From positions 9,287 to 73,286 of the forward strand of contig CATLBQ010000004.1 in assembly GCA_949879765.1 (NCBI GenBank): a stretch of 64,000 nucleotides of DNA, written 5' to 3'. Shown in pieces: positions 48,166 through 58,022 of the stretch (within the stretch, counting starts at the first letter, position 1; each line of letters begins with the position of its first letter). The notes beneath the pieces were generated by a model, which saw nothing but the letters and a program-made list of their open reading frames with translations, ran no database searches and was not told the origin of the DNA. This stretch comes from an uncultured Bacilli bacterium (lineage in GTDB: Bacteria > Bacillota_I > Bacilli_A > ML615J-28 > CAG-313). Position numbers and translations under genes: made by a program.

Positions 48166-50278
48166 AACATTAGCCCATCGCTATTTTCATATATTGATTT
48201 TAATTGCGCTGTGTTTCTTTGGCATAGCACAAAAAAGCATCTGTATTTTCTTTGTTTTTTTGGCTTTATGGCTTTGTTACTTTATACAGGATCGATCATT
48301 TGGTGTGATTGCTTTAGTAGCCGTAGGGTTTATATTGGGTCATTATATCTTGCGAAAAAAATCCTATCAGCACCAGTGGCAACATTATCAAGATGCCCCT
48401 ATTTATGAGGGAATTGTAAAAGTAGAAAAAATAAAGAAAACTGACAAGTATTTTCAAGTGTTACTTCGCTTAAAACGAGGGTATGCTTTATATTATAGTG
48501 AGAATCAACTCAATATTGGGGACGTCTATCATATTCAAGGTAAGATAATAAGTGTAGATCAAGCCCATTATCCTGGTGGATTCAATTATAGGGCTTATTT
48601 ATCTTACCAAAATATTTATGGTCAAATTGAAATCAAAGATATGATATATGTTAAACATACCTTTGGCAAATACCAATTGTATCAACACGTTAGTGATTAT
48701 TATGAATGCCATTTCCATACAGAATCAGTAGGGATGATTCAAGCACTAACTATTGGGAATAAGGATAGCTTTGATTCTTCTCTTTCACAACAAATTGCAA
48801 CCATTGGGGTTAGCCATCTATTTGTCATATCTGGTTTACACGTTGGTTTGCTTGTGGGCGCGTTAGAAAAATTGCTTGGTCTTCTTCGAATAAAGAAAAA
48901 CGCTATTCCTTTCCTTTCAATTCCTATATTGCTATGCTATTATGTCCTATCTGGTTTTCTGGTTTCGGTATTACGAGTAGTGAATGGATTTATTTTAAAG
49001 ACATTAAATCACCGTTATCAACTCAAATGGCGCGCAATCGATTTGATTAGTATCAATGCTTATGGGGTTTTATGTTTTAACCCAATGTATATATTTCAAT
49101 ACAATTTTATGCTATCTTATTTGATAGCTGTAGGTATTGTGTTGTGTGCGCCGCGAGTTACAAATGGTAAAGGAATTGTGAATACAATCAAAAGCAATAT
49201 CATCATCAGTTGCATTGCTACATGCATTACTCTTCCTGTTGTTACAATTTTTTCACCAGATATTTCTTTCTTAGCTATCTTATATAATCTAATATATATT
49301 CCAGTAGTGAGTTATGTGTTGCTTCCGCTTGCTTTTGTAGTAACAGTTATTCCAAGATTTGAAACTCTATTCATGATGGTGTATAGTCTATTTCAATGGT
49401 TCACCAATCACTTGGCACAAATCCGTTTCTTAAGCGTCACATATCCTTTGGTTCCTCCTTTTATTTTCCTGTTTTATTATATTCTGTGTTATGGCTTGAT
49501 AAATAGAAAGAAAAAGATTCGAAAATATGCTAGTTGTCTATTTATCTTATTGCAATTGATCTGGATTTGTTGGGGGTATGGGAATGGACGTGAAAAAGTC
49601 TATTTTTTGGATTTACCAAAAGGAGAGGCTACTTTTATTCAAGGCAAACACAATCAAATGAACATCCTCATTGATACAGGAGAATCAGGCAAAAATGATT
49701 TGATAGTATTTCTAAAAAAGCAGGGCGTAAGACGCATAGATGCCATCTTCATCAGTCATGGTGATAGCGATCACAATGGTATGCTTGTAGAACTTATTCA
49801 GGCATTTCAAGTCAAACAAGTTTATGGTAGTACATATGATACTACCACTTATCAGTTGGTTAAAGATAAGGTGCGTTACCAAACCTTGTCGGCAGGAGAT
49901 CGACTGACCTATCAAAACAATCAATTTCAGATTCTTTCACCAACAAAAGACTATCAAAAGAAAAATAACAATAGTTTGGTCATTCTTGCTCAGTTATTTG
50001 AACAAAGTTATTTATTTACAGGTGATATCGAAAAAGAAGTAGAAAGGCAGTTGCCAAAGATAGGCGGAGTAGATTATTTGAAAGTACCCCATCATGGTTC
50101 TACCACTTCATCAACAGATGCGTTATTTCAAAAAGTTCAATACAAGATCGCCATATGTATGAATGGATATCAAAATCGGTTTTCCTTTCCGTCTTCAAAA
50201 ATCGTGGAACGCTACAAAGAGACAATTTGGATTACATCTGAGAAGGGAACCATTATCATTGAAAAAAAGCGAAAATAA
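48113..50278 (+). CDS. comEC: DNA internalization competence protein ComEC/Rec2
   Basis: Multi-TM competence domain plus C-terminal metallo-beta-lactamase domain (SHGDSDH). 721 aa. Confidence 0.88.
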   Translation: MVLVQRFFKTFKRSSLYRTLAHRYFHILILIALCFFGIAQKSICIFFVFLALWLCYFIQDRSFGVIALVAVGFILGHYILRKKSYQHQWQHYQDAPIYEGIVKVEKIKKTDKYFQVLLRLKRGYALYYSENQLNIGDVYHIQGKIISVDQAHYPGGFNYRAYLSYQNIYGQIEIKDMIYVKHTFGKYQLYQHVSDYYECHFHTESVGMIQALTIGNKDSFDSSLSQQIATIGVSHLFVISGLHVGLLVGALEKLLGLLRIKKNAIPFLSIPILLCYYVLSGFLVSVLRVVNGFILKTLNHRYQLKWRAIDLISINAYGVLCFNPMYIFQYNFMLSYLIAVGIVLCAPRVTNGKGIVNTIKSNIIISCIATCITLPVVTIFSPDISFLAILYNLIYIPVVSYVLLPLAFVVTVIPRFETLFMMVYSLFQWFTNHLAQIRFLSVTYPLVPPFIFLFYYILCYGLINRKKKIRKYASCLFILLQLIWICWGYGNGREKVYFLDLPKGEATFIQGKHNQMNILIDTGESGKNDLIVFLKKQGVRRIDAIFISHGDSDHNGMLVELIQAFQVKQVYGSTYDTTTYQLVKDKVRYQTLSAGDRLTYQNNQFQILSPTKDYQKKNNNSLVILAQLFEQSYLFTGDIEKEVERQLPKIGGVDYLKVPHHGSTTSSTDALFQKVQYKIAICMNGYQNRFSFPSSKIVERYKETIWITSEKGTIIIEKKRK

Positions 50279-50356
50279 AATAAAAAGTATCTTTTACTTT
50301 ACCTTTTTTTCAATTTATGATATAATACTTAGGAAATAACCTCGGAGGTGAAACTA

Positions 50357-50620
50357 ATGGCAAACATTAAGCAACAAAAGAAACGAGATATTACTAACAA
50401 TAAGAGAAGATTATTAAATAATTCATTTTCTTCTTCACTAAAGACTGCAATTAAAACTTTTGAAGTTGCTGTAGCAGCAGGTGACAAAGCAAAAGCACAA
50501 GAAGCTTTTAATTTTGCATGTAAAAAAATTGATAAGGCTGTATCAAAAGGCATTCATCATAAGAATTATGCAGCACATCAAAAATCTCGTTTAGCTAAAG
50601 CCCTAAACGCAATGGCATAA
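50357..50620 (+). CDS. rpsT: 30S ribosomal protein bS20
   Basis: MANIKQQKKR…AHQKSRLAKALNA, canonical bS20. SD GGAGGTG. Confidence 0.95.
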   Translation: MANIKQQKKRDITNNKRRLLNNSFSSSLKTAIKTFEVAVAAGDKAKAQEAFNFACKKIDKAVSKGIHHKNYAAHQKSRLAKALNAMA

Positions 50621-50635
50621 TTGAATTCAAAAATA

Positions 50636-50670
50636 AGAAGCTACTTCATTGTGAAATAGCTTCTTTTTTC
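50636..50670. terminator. bidirectional terminator between rpsT and holA
   Basis: AGAAGCTA…TAGCTTCT hairpin flanked by an A-run and a T-run. Confidence 0.6.
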
Positions 50671-50671
50671 T

Positions 50672-51643
50672 TTATTTGGGTAATTTTAATAAAAGTAATT
50701 CTAAACCGATATTTTTATCAATTTTTCCACTTTTAATTTGATAATCTAGTTCAGCTAGTTTTTCAATATAATACTCTAAATCGGATAGTTTAAACGCTTT
50801 TGCTTCTTGGACTAAATAATAGGCTTTACCGGTGGTTACATTATAGAATTTAGCAATATCACTTTGGCTATAGCCATATTTTAATAATTTATAAGTTGAA
50901 ATTAGCTCTTTGAATTTATTCGATATAAGAGCGATAATTGTGAGTGCATCTTTGGTATGCGTAATCAAATTAGAATAGATGGCATAGGTTTGATCTAAAT
51001 CTTTTTGAATAATCGCTTTAATCAAGTGATATACTTCATTGCTTACATCTTTTGATACCAAAAGTCGGATATCGGATTGGCGGATAGTTCCTCCTTTTCC
51101 GATATAAGATGTCAATTTTTCAATTTCTGTTGCTAGTCTGGGTTGATCATCACCAATATATTCTAGCAATAAATTCAATGCATCATCTTTGATATCGATA
51201 TTGTTGCTATCAAAACTGCGAACAATCCATCCCTTGAGTTCAATTTCTTCTGGTTCGGGATAGTCAATAATTTTGGCCACGTTGCGAAGCATTTTATAGA
51301 TTTCATTGGTTGGTGAAATTGCAATGTGAGTAGCATCAATCATTAATACAGTTGTATCAACAGGATTTTTCAGATATTTGATCAATGCTTTGGTATCTTC
51401 TTTTGAGGCTGAGTTATTTTTGGTTAAAAATTTGGGATTTTTCAAAATAATAATTTTTAAATCTTCTAAAAAAGGAACAGTGATGGCATCTTCTAGAACA
51501 TATGATAAAGGAGTAACTTCCATATCGTATTTGATTGTGGTGGTGTTTAATTTATTAAAACTTTGAATGATTCGATTCATTCTATTCTTAATAAAAATTT
51601 CTGATGTTCCCGTAAAAAGATAAATGAGATCTTCATCACGCAT
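50672..51643 (-). CDS. holA: DNA polymerase III delta subunit
   Basis: 323 aa. N-terminal …IYLFTG.E.F… clamp-loader delta pattern. Conserved comEC-holA-rpsT neighbourhood. Confidence 0.78.
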   Translation of the reverse strand: MRDEDLIYLFTGTSEIFIKNRMNRIIQSFNKLNTTTIKYDMEVTPLSYVLEDAITVPFLEDLKIIILKNPKFLTKNNSASKEDTKALIKYLKNPVDTTVLMIDATHIAISPTNEIYKMLRNVAKIIDYPEPEEIELKGWIVRSFDSNNIDIKDDALNLLLEYIGDDQPRLATEIEKLTSYIGKGGTIRQSDIRLLVSKDVSNEVYHLIKAIIQKDLDQTYAIYSNLITHTKDALTIIALISNKFKELISTYKLLKYGYSQSDIAKFYNVTTGKAYYLVQEAKAFKLSDLEYYIEKLAELDYQIKSGKIDKNIGLELLLLKLPK

Positions 51644-51801
51644 GAGAATCGTTTCCTTTCTTCCTTCTTTTTTATATTATACACCAAAATGATTAAAAAA
51701 GAAAGGGAAAAGAAACTAGAATCTAGGATGAACAAAATTAAAAAGGCAATTAAATAGAGAATGATAGATAAACTAGATATAAGATGAGACGAGGTGAAAG
51801 G

Positions 51802-52323
51802 ATGTATATAGAATTAAAAACTCCAAGACTGTTACTAAGACCTTTGGGTCTTCAAGATATTGATAGTACACATTTGTATGCATCAGATATCGAAAATACG
51901 AAATATATGTTGTTTCTTCCCTATCTTTCTTTAGAAGAAACAAAATTTTTTTTGATGCATACTGAAGAAGAATGGAAAAAAGATACCCCCTTGGTGTATG
52001 CATTTGCTATTGTATATCAACAAAAACATATAGGGACTATTTCTTTAGAAATTATTCATTCAAACCAAGGAGAAATCAGTTGGATTTTACAAAAAGAATA
52101 TTGGAACAAAGGGTATACGACAGAAGCCGCTGAAGCATTGAAACAATTTGCCCAATATCATTTACATCTGACAACCCTCTTTGCGCATTGTGATAGTCAA
52201 AATATAGCCTCGCAAAGGGTAATGGAAAAAATCAGAATGGTTAGATTAAAACAATCTACATCTCGAAAAAATAAACTTTCTAGTTTACCTTCCATTGAGT
52301 GGACATATCAATTAACGTTATAA
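51802..52323 (+). CDS. GNAT family N-acetyltransferase (RimJ/RimL-like)
   Basis: N-terminal TPRLLLRPL…D motif typical of the RimL-like GNAT subgroup, acetyl-CoA-binding core. Confidence 0.8.
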   Translation: MYIELKTPRLLLRPLGLQDIDSTHLYASDIENTKYMLFLPYLSLEETKFFLMHTEEEWKKDTPLVYAFAIVYQQKHIGTISLEIIHSNQGEISWILQKEYWNKGYTTEAAEALKQFAQYHLHLTTLFAHCDSQNIASQRVMEKIRMVRLKQSTSRKNKLSSLPSIEWTYQLTL

Positions 52324-52427
52324 AATCAAGAGATATAGAGCATACTATTAAAGATGAAATGCTTGATTTTTTATCATCATCCCAAAAGCGAAATGCTTGC
52401 AATAAAAAAGAAAAAAGGTATAATATA

Positions 52428-52448
52428 ATTAATAGTAATTATTACTAT
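52428..52448. promoter_or_regulatory. Fur/PerR-type box: perfect 10-1-10 palindrome TAATAGTAAT-T-ATTACTATTA
   Basis: Contains a 7-1-7 core TAGTAAT-T-ATTACTA resembling the Per box TTATAAT-N-ATTATAA. Sits just downstream of GGTATAAT and 12 nt before the perR-like start. Confidence 0.55.
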
Positions 52449-52459
52449 TAAGGAGAAAT

Positions 52460-52876
52460 ATGAGGAAAACAGCACAGAAGACTTTAATCTATGAAATTGT
52501 TCAATCGAGTTGTGATCACCCAACTGCCGAAAGTATCTATATGAAGGCAAGAGTACATATGCCTAACATTAGTCTTGGAACAGTTTATCGCAATTTAAAT
52601 GATTTAGTAGAAATGGGGAAAATCACAAGATTAAGCATTCCTGGTGAAGGTGACCATTATGACCACAAGATGCGTAAACCACATGGGCATTTCTATTGCC
52701 AGATTTGCAAATGTTTTATGGATATTGAGGAAATAGATGTGGAACCAATGATTGCTTCAGTTGAGCAAAAAAATCAAGTGAAGATATATGCCAATCAAAT
52801 TAGTTTTAGTGGTGTTTGCCCCACATGCCAAATCATGGGAAAGGAAGAAAAGGAAAATGGAATTAAAAGGAAGTAG
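52460..52876 (+). CDS. perR: Fur family transcriptional regulator (PerR-like)
   Basis: Fur-fold DNA-binding N-terminus. Two CxxC pairs (CQIC, CPTC). Adjacent to rubrerythrin. Confidence 0.7.
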   Translation: MRKTAQKTLIYEIVQSSCDHPTAESIYMKARVHMPNISLGTVYRNLNDLVEMGKITRLSIPGEGDHYDHKMRKPHGHFYCQICKCFMDIEEIDVEPMIASVEQKNQVKIYANQISFSGVCPTCQIMGKEEKENGIKRK

Positions 52877-53390
52877 AACAGAACAAAATTTAATGACTGC
52901 GTTTGCAGGCGAATCACAAGCAAGAAACAAGTATACTTATTTTGCTTCAAAAGCAAGAAAAGAAGGTTATGAACAAATTGCTGCTATTTTTGAAGAAACA
53001 GCAAATAATGAAAAAGAACATGCTAAATTATGGTTCAAATTATTAGGTGGAATTGGAACAACTAAAGAAAATTTACTTGCTGCAGCAGCAGGTGAAAACT
53101 ATGAATGGACCGATATGTATGCTGAATTTGCTCAAGTGGCTCGTGAAGAAGGATTTACAGCTATTGCTAAACAATTTGAAGGTGTAGCAAAAATTGAAAA
53201 GGAACATGAAGAGCGCTACAGAAAATTAGCAGAAAATATTGAAACTGCTCAAGTATTCGCTAAAGCAGGTGTAACTGTTTGGGTTTGTCGCAATTGTGGT
53301 CATGTACATGTTGGTGAAACTGCACCAAAAGCTTGCCCAGTATGTGCACATCCAGAAGCTTATTTTGAAGTAAAAGCAAATAATTTTTAA
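52857..53390 (+). CDS. rbr: Rubrerythrin
   Basis: Ferritin-like di-iron E…EXXH motifs plus C-terminal rubredoxin CxxC…CxxC (CRNCGH…CPVCAH). Start placed at ATG 52857, overlapping the perR end by 20 nt. Confidence 0.9.
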   Translation: MELKGSRTEQNLMTAFAGESQARNKYTYFASKARKEGYEQIAAIFEETANNEKEHAKLWFKLLGGIGTTKENLLAAAAGENYEWTDMYAEFAQVAREEGFTAIAKQFEGVAKIEKEHEERYRKLAENIETAQVFAKAGVTVWVCRNCGHVHVGETAPKACPVCAHPEAYFEVKANNF

Positions 53391-53412
53391 TTTAATTTGA
53401 AATTGTAGAAAA

Positions 53413-53439
53413 AAGGAGATTACACATCTCCTTTTTTAT
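53413..53439 (+). terminator. rho-independent terminator
   Basis: AAGGAGAT-tacac-ATCTCCTT plus T6. Confidence 0.75.
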
Positions 53440-53589
53440 TGTCGCTCATAAATACTAAAATAAAGGGAAAAATAGATTGATACAAAAAAAGTAGATGTCC
53501 TTCTTTTTTTCATGATTTCAAGAAAAAAAATAAGATAGAGTATTTACTTTTACTGTAAAAAGTGGTATAATATGGAACGGTGATAAAAA

Positions 53590-55113
53590 ATGAAGACAGT
53601 CATAACAGCATTTGAAGATAAAATGATGACCTTAAAAAAGCAAAATCAATGGGATAAAATTGCTTTTCAAGACCCAAAATATAGTTTATCCTATCAGAAT
53701 TTACAGCGCTATGCCAAGTCGCTTGCTACTGCAATTCTTCCGATTGCATCTAAAAATGAAGTAGTAGGTATTGCGACCAATCGAGGCATTCATACGATTA
53801 TAGCGATGCTTGCATGTATGTATGCTGGAACACCTTATGTGATTATTGATGTAGAATCACCGATTGAGCGCATCCAAAAAATCATACAAGTTGCATCTTT
53901 CAAGTTATTGATTTTTGATGAAGCCAATGTGCATCGCTGGGAAGCACTTGATGGATATCCATCCATTATTGTTCAAGATGGATGTACCTTAGTGATAGAT
54001 GAGCAAGGACTAGAAGATAGAAAAAAACAAATCATTTCAACAGATCCGGTATATATCTTATTTACATCAGGTTCAACTGGCACACCAAAAGGAACAGTGA
54101 TTCATCATCAAAATATTGTCAATTATATAGAATGGTTTACCACTTGTTTCAATATATCTGATCAAACCCGTTTTGCAAGTCAAACTCCATTTTATTTTAG
54201 CATGTCAGTTTCAGATGTTTTTGCGACTCTTTTTACAGGTGCCTTTTTGTATATTGTGCCTAAGAGTTATTTTACATTTCCAATAAAATTATTTGATGTA
54301 ATGAATCAAATGGAAATCAATACCATTTACTGGGTTCCGTCAGCTTATCAAATGATAGCACAAATGAAAGTATTGGATTATGTATTACCACAACATTTGC
54401 AATTTGCAATGTTTGCGGGCGAGGTGATGCCGACAAAAGTGCTGAATTATTGGATGGATAAACTGCCTCAAGTTTCTTTTGCCAATTTATTTGGTCCAAC
54501 CGAAACAACGGATATTTGTACATACTATAAAGTCAATCGCCGATTTGCTAATGATGAAATTTTACCGATTGGCAAGGCTTGTGAAAATTTAGAAGTCTTT
54601 TTAATTAACGATAAGGGTGAGTTAGCAGCGCCAAAAGAAGAAGGAGAGCTTTATGTCAAAGGATCTTTTGTGGCCAATGGATATTATCAAAACCCTGAAA
54701 AGACCAAAGAGGCTTTTGTTCAAAACCCTTTAAATCCCTATTATCCAGAGATGGTATATAAAACGGGTGATTTGTGTAAATACAATGCGCAAGGAGAACT
54801 CGTGTATCTTTGTCGAAAAGATTTTCAAATCAAGCATATGGGATATCGGATAGAACTTGGTGAGATTGAGGCTGGATGTAATGCATTAGATGAAATTAAA
54901 ACAGCGTTTTGTCTATATAATGGACAAAAAGATGAAATCATTTGTTGTTATGTAGGGAAAATCACGCAGCAAGATTTAAATGCCAAATTGCAAACCAAAA
55001 TGCCATATTATATGATTCCTCAAAGATATGAAGTATTGTCACATATTAAATTGAATCAAAATGGCAAGATTGATCGAAAATATTACCAAGAAGAATATAT
55101 TATGAAAAAATAA
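53590..55113 (+). CDS. dltA: D-alanine--D-alanyl carrier protein ligase (DltA-type adenylation enzyme)
   Basis: 507 aa. AMP-binding core SGSTGTPKG. DltA-like N-terminus (YVIIDVESPIERIQKII). C-terminal GKIDRK. Confidence 0.78.
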   Translation: MKTVITAFEDKMMTLKKQNQWDKIAFQDPKYSLSYQNLQRYAKSLATAILPIASKNEVVGIATNRGIHTIIAMLACMYAGTPYVIIDVESPIERIQKIIQVASFKLLIFDEANVHRWEALDGYPSIIVQDGCTLVIDEQGLEDRKKQIISTDPVYILFTSGSTGTPKGTVIHHQNIVNYIEWFTTCFNISDQTRFASQTPFYFSMSVSDVFATLFTGAFLYIVPKSYFTFPIKLFDVMNQMEINTIYWVPSAYQMIAQMKVLDYVLPQHLQFAMFAGEVMPTKVLNYWMDKLPQVSFANLFGPTETTDICTYYKVNRRFANDEILPIGKACENLEVFLINDKGELAAPKEEGELYVKGSFVANGYYQNPEKTKEAFVQNPLNPYYPEMVYKTGDLCKYNAQGELVYLCRKDFQIKHMGYRIELGEIEAGCNALDEIKTAFCLYNGQKDEIICCYVGKITQQDLNAKLQTKMPYYMIPQRYEVLSHIKLNQNGKIDRKYYQEEYIMKK

Positions 55114-55125
55114 GGAGGGTTCATT

Positions 55126-55356
55126 GTGAAAGAAACACTATTAGAAATATTAGAAGAATTAAAACCAGGAGTAGATTATGAAAATGAAACACAACTCATT
55201 ACACGTCAAATATTAACCAGTATGGAAGTCGTAAGGCTGATTATGATGATATCTGACGAATTTGATATCTCTATTTCTCCACTTTATATTGTTCCAGAAA
55301 ATTTTGAATCTGTCGATGATATGGTGAAACTAATAGAAAAAGTTCAAGACGAATAA
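55126..55356 (+). CDS. dltC: D-alanyl carrier protein (DltC-like)
   Basis: 76 aa acidic 4-helix carrier. Ser in LTSMEVVRLIMMISDEFDI aligns with the DltC phosphopantetheine site (IDSFQTVGLLLEIQ…). Confidence 0.6.
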   Translation: MKETLLEILEELKPGVDYENETQLITRQILTSMEVVRLIMMISDEFDISISPLYIVPENFESVDDMVKLIEKVQDE

Positions 55357-55357
55357 T

Positions 55358-56905
55358 ATGAAAGCCTATGAACAATTGCTGTGGCTATTGATTTTTGGAT
55401 CAATTGTCTACTTGCTCTATATGGTGTTTTTTAAGAAATACCGTTATCTGATTTTAATTCTAGGTAGTTTGATTTTATTGGGATTTGCTAGTAAATGGAT
55501 GATGATTTTTGTTTTATTGAGTGCTTTGATTGTGTATTTATTTGCACGAATAATGAGTCAAAAAAATGAAACACTCAAAAGCAAAAAAGCTGAGTTTGAT
55601 AAAGAAACATTTAAACAAGAAAAATTAAAAACCAAAAAAGTGAATAAACGCATTTTAATTGTCGCACTGATTTTGAATTTAGGCTTACTGATATCGATTA
55701 AATATTTGAATTTTTTTGATGGCATTCTCAATTCTATTTTTTCTATGTGTAATTGGGATTTTCAAATTCCGATGTTTAAAATTTTAATGCCCTTAGGGAT
55801 TAGTTACTATACATTATCAAATACAGGCTATTTGGTGGATGTTTATCGTGGCAAATATAAAGCCAGTAAAAATTATTTAGATGTCTTATTATTTACTACG
55901 TATTTTCCTTGCCTATTAGAAGGACCAATTTCACACTATGATCAATTGTTACCTCAATTGAAAGAACCTCAATCCTTTCGGTTTGAGCATTTGAAAAAAG
56001 GTCTCTTGCTTATTTTAGTGGGGTTATTCAAAAAAATTGTCATTGCTGATAGACTGGCTATTTTGGTTACACAAACTTTTGATAAAGGTGTAACTGGACC
56101 TATACTCATTTTAGGTGTCATTGCTTTTACTTTCCAATTGTATGCGGAATTCTCAGGCATTATTGATATGGTAAGAGGTATATCTAAAATGTATGGGATT
56201 CAGTTAGAAAGAAACTTTGAACAACCTTTCTTTTCTTCATCAGTAGGTGAGTTTTGGAGAAGATGGCATATTAGTCTTGGAACATGGTTTAGAGAATATG
56301 TATTTTATCCCCTTTCAATGTCTAGACCCATCAATTGGTTATGCAAAAAATTAAGAGGAAAGGTATCTAATTTTTGGGAAACCTTTTTACCAAGTTGTAT
56401 TGTTTTATTTGTCGTATGGTCGCTTACTGGATTGTGGCATGGTGCAAGTTTTAAGTACTTAATATATGGACTATATTATTATATGGTCATGATGATAGAA
56501 AATATCATAAGTCATTATTTTGCACATAAAATAAAACATAAAACAGTTTTTCATGTATTAGGCATTATCAAAACTTTTATTTTAGTCAATATAGGTATGC
56601 TTCTTTTTAGATGCAATACATTAACAGATGCAGGGCAATATATTATGAATATCTTCCAACCAAGCAGTACAAAGTTAACAAGCATTTTTGAAGCAAAAGA
56701 GTGTGTGATTGCTGTTTTGGCTATACTGATTTTGGGTGTATTTGAGTGGTTACAAACCAAGAAATTTGATATTTATCAACGCATTGTAAACTTACCTAGA
56801 GGTATAGAATATGCAGCCTATTTGATTTTAATTTTTGGGATTATTATTTTTGGTGCTTATGGTTTAGGATATATCCCACCTGACCCTATTTATGGAGGAT
56901 TTTAA
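55358..56905 (+). CDS. MBOAT family O-acyltransferase (DltB/AlgI-like, long form)
   Basis: 515 aa, multi-TM. Conserved MBOAT His region (WRRWHISLGTWFREYVFYP…WHGAS). Contains a charged insert, so longer than canonical DltB (about 400 aa). Confidence 0.8.
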   Translation: MKAYEQLLWLLIFGSIVYLLYMVFFKKYRYLILILGSLILLGFASKWMMIFVLLSALIVYLFARIMSQKNETLKSKKAEFDKETFKQEKLKTKKVNKRILIVALILNLGLLISIKYLNFFDGILNSIFSMCNWDFQIPMFKILMPLGISYYTLSNTGYLVDVYRGKYKASKNYLDVLLFTTYFPCLLEGPISHYDQLLPQLKEPQSFRFEHLKKGLLLILVGLFKKIVIADRLAILVTQTFDKGVTGPILILGVIAFTFQLYAEFSGIIDMVRGISKMYGIQLERNFEQPFFSSSVGEFWRRWHISLGTWFREYVFYPLSMSRPINWLCKKLRGKVSNFWETFLPSCIVLFVVWSLTGLWHGASFKYLIYGLYYYMVMMIENIISHYFAHKIKHKTVFHVLGIIKTFILVNIGMLLFRCNTLTDAGQYIMNIFQPSSTKLTSIFEAKECVIAVLAILILGVFEWLQTKKFDIYQRIVNLPRGIEYAAYLILIFGIIIFGAYGLGYIPPDPIYGGF

Positions 56906-56907
56906 CA

Positions 56908-57870
56908 ATGAAATTATGGAAAAGAATCATTCTATTTTTTGCTATGTTTATTGTTGTTTATTTGGGTGTATGTGTAGTACTGACCCCAAAAACAAAAGCA
57001 GATAAGGGGGGAGACAAATTTTTTGCTGGAAGAGGATTTGAAGCAGAAGCTAAAAATACCATTGAAGTAGTTGGAATTGGCAATAGTGATTTATATAGTG
57101 CATTCAATCCACTTGAACTATATCGTTTATATGGAATTACTTCTTATTGTTGTGGTGTGGCCAAGGCAAGTCCGATGTTAGGGTATCGTCTTTTACAAGA
57201 TATTACCAAGAAACAGCAAATCAAAGTATGCATTGTTGAGACTGATTTTTTATATGAAAAAATGGGAATGGCTGATTATACGCAGTCTTTGATTAAACTT
57301 CAATTTTTAGCCTCTCCGTTTATTTATCATGCTAGATGGAAAAATTTAAAGTGGCAAGATTTCACTAAATTACCCAAACTAGATGACAATTATGATGAGT
57401 TAAAAGGATTTAAATATTCGAATAAACGATATAATTATCAGTTGAAAAACTATATGGGATCTGCTGATAGTAAAGCAAGAGCCATACCTAAAAGAAGTCT
57501 ACAATATTTGGAAAAAATTCGTAAATTGTGTGAAAGAAAAGGGATTCAACTTTTATTTGTTGAAATGCCATCACCATCTTCTTGGAATTATGCGAAAAGT
57601 TATGGTGTTCAAGCCTATGCCAACGAACATCATATTGAATTTATAGATTATAATATTCATCCTGAATATCTTGATTTTGATTTTAAAACAGATTTTAGGG
57701 ATAAAGGAAATCACTTGAATATTTATGGCTCTATTAAAGTAGCCAAACATCTGGGTGGATTGTTAGAGAAGCATCAATTAACGGATCATCGAAAAACTCA
57801 AAAGATATGGGAAAAAGAAGTGAAAGACTATGAAGAGTTGCTTCTTAAAAATCATATTTCAATAGCATAG
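56908..57870 (+). CDS. DltD-like / SGNH-like membrane-anchored accessory protein (uncertain)
   Basis: N-terminal TM anchor, VVGIGNSDLYS block. 320 aa versus about 390 for DltD. No DHHW motif. Confidence 0.4.
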   Translation: MKLWKRIILFFAMFIVVYLGVCVVLTPKTKADKGGDKFFAGRGFEAEAKNTIEVVGIGNSDLYSAFNPLELYRLYGITSYCCGVAKASPMLGYRLLQDITKKQQIKVCIVETDFLYEKMGMADYTQSLIKLQFLASPFIYHARWKNLKWQDFTKLPKLDDNYDELKGFKYSNKRYNYQLKNYMGSADSKARAIPKRSLQYLEKIRKLCERKGIQLLFVEMPSPSSWNYAKSYGVQAYANEHHIEFIDYNIHPEYLDFDFKTDFRDKGNHLNIYGSIKVAKHLGGLLEKHQLTDHRKTQKIWEKEVKDYEELLLKNHISIA

Positions 57871-58022
57871 ATTGAACAAGCATTTTAAAATGAAATGCTT
57901 GTTTTTCATATCTATCATGATAAGACTTTTATTTTTAGCGACCTTTACTTGATAAATGATGGAAAATAGTGTATAATACATATCAAGAGATGATAAAATA
58001 AAAGAAAGTGAAGGTAAATAAG

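Noticed and set aside
52788-52856. N-terminal extension of rubrerythrin as given in the ORF track (start 52788)
   Set aside because: The extension overlaps perR in another frame and lacks an SD. ATG 52857 ([10 protein letters not shown]…) matches the conserved rubrerythrin N-terminus and has a GGAAGAAAAGG SD.
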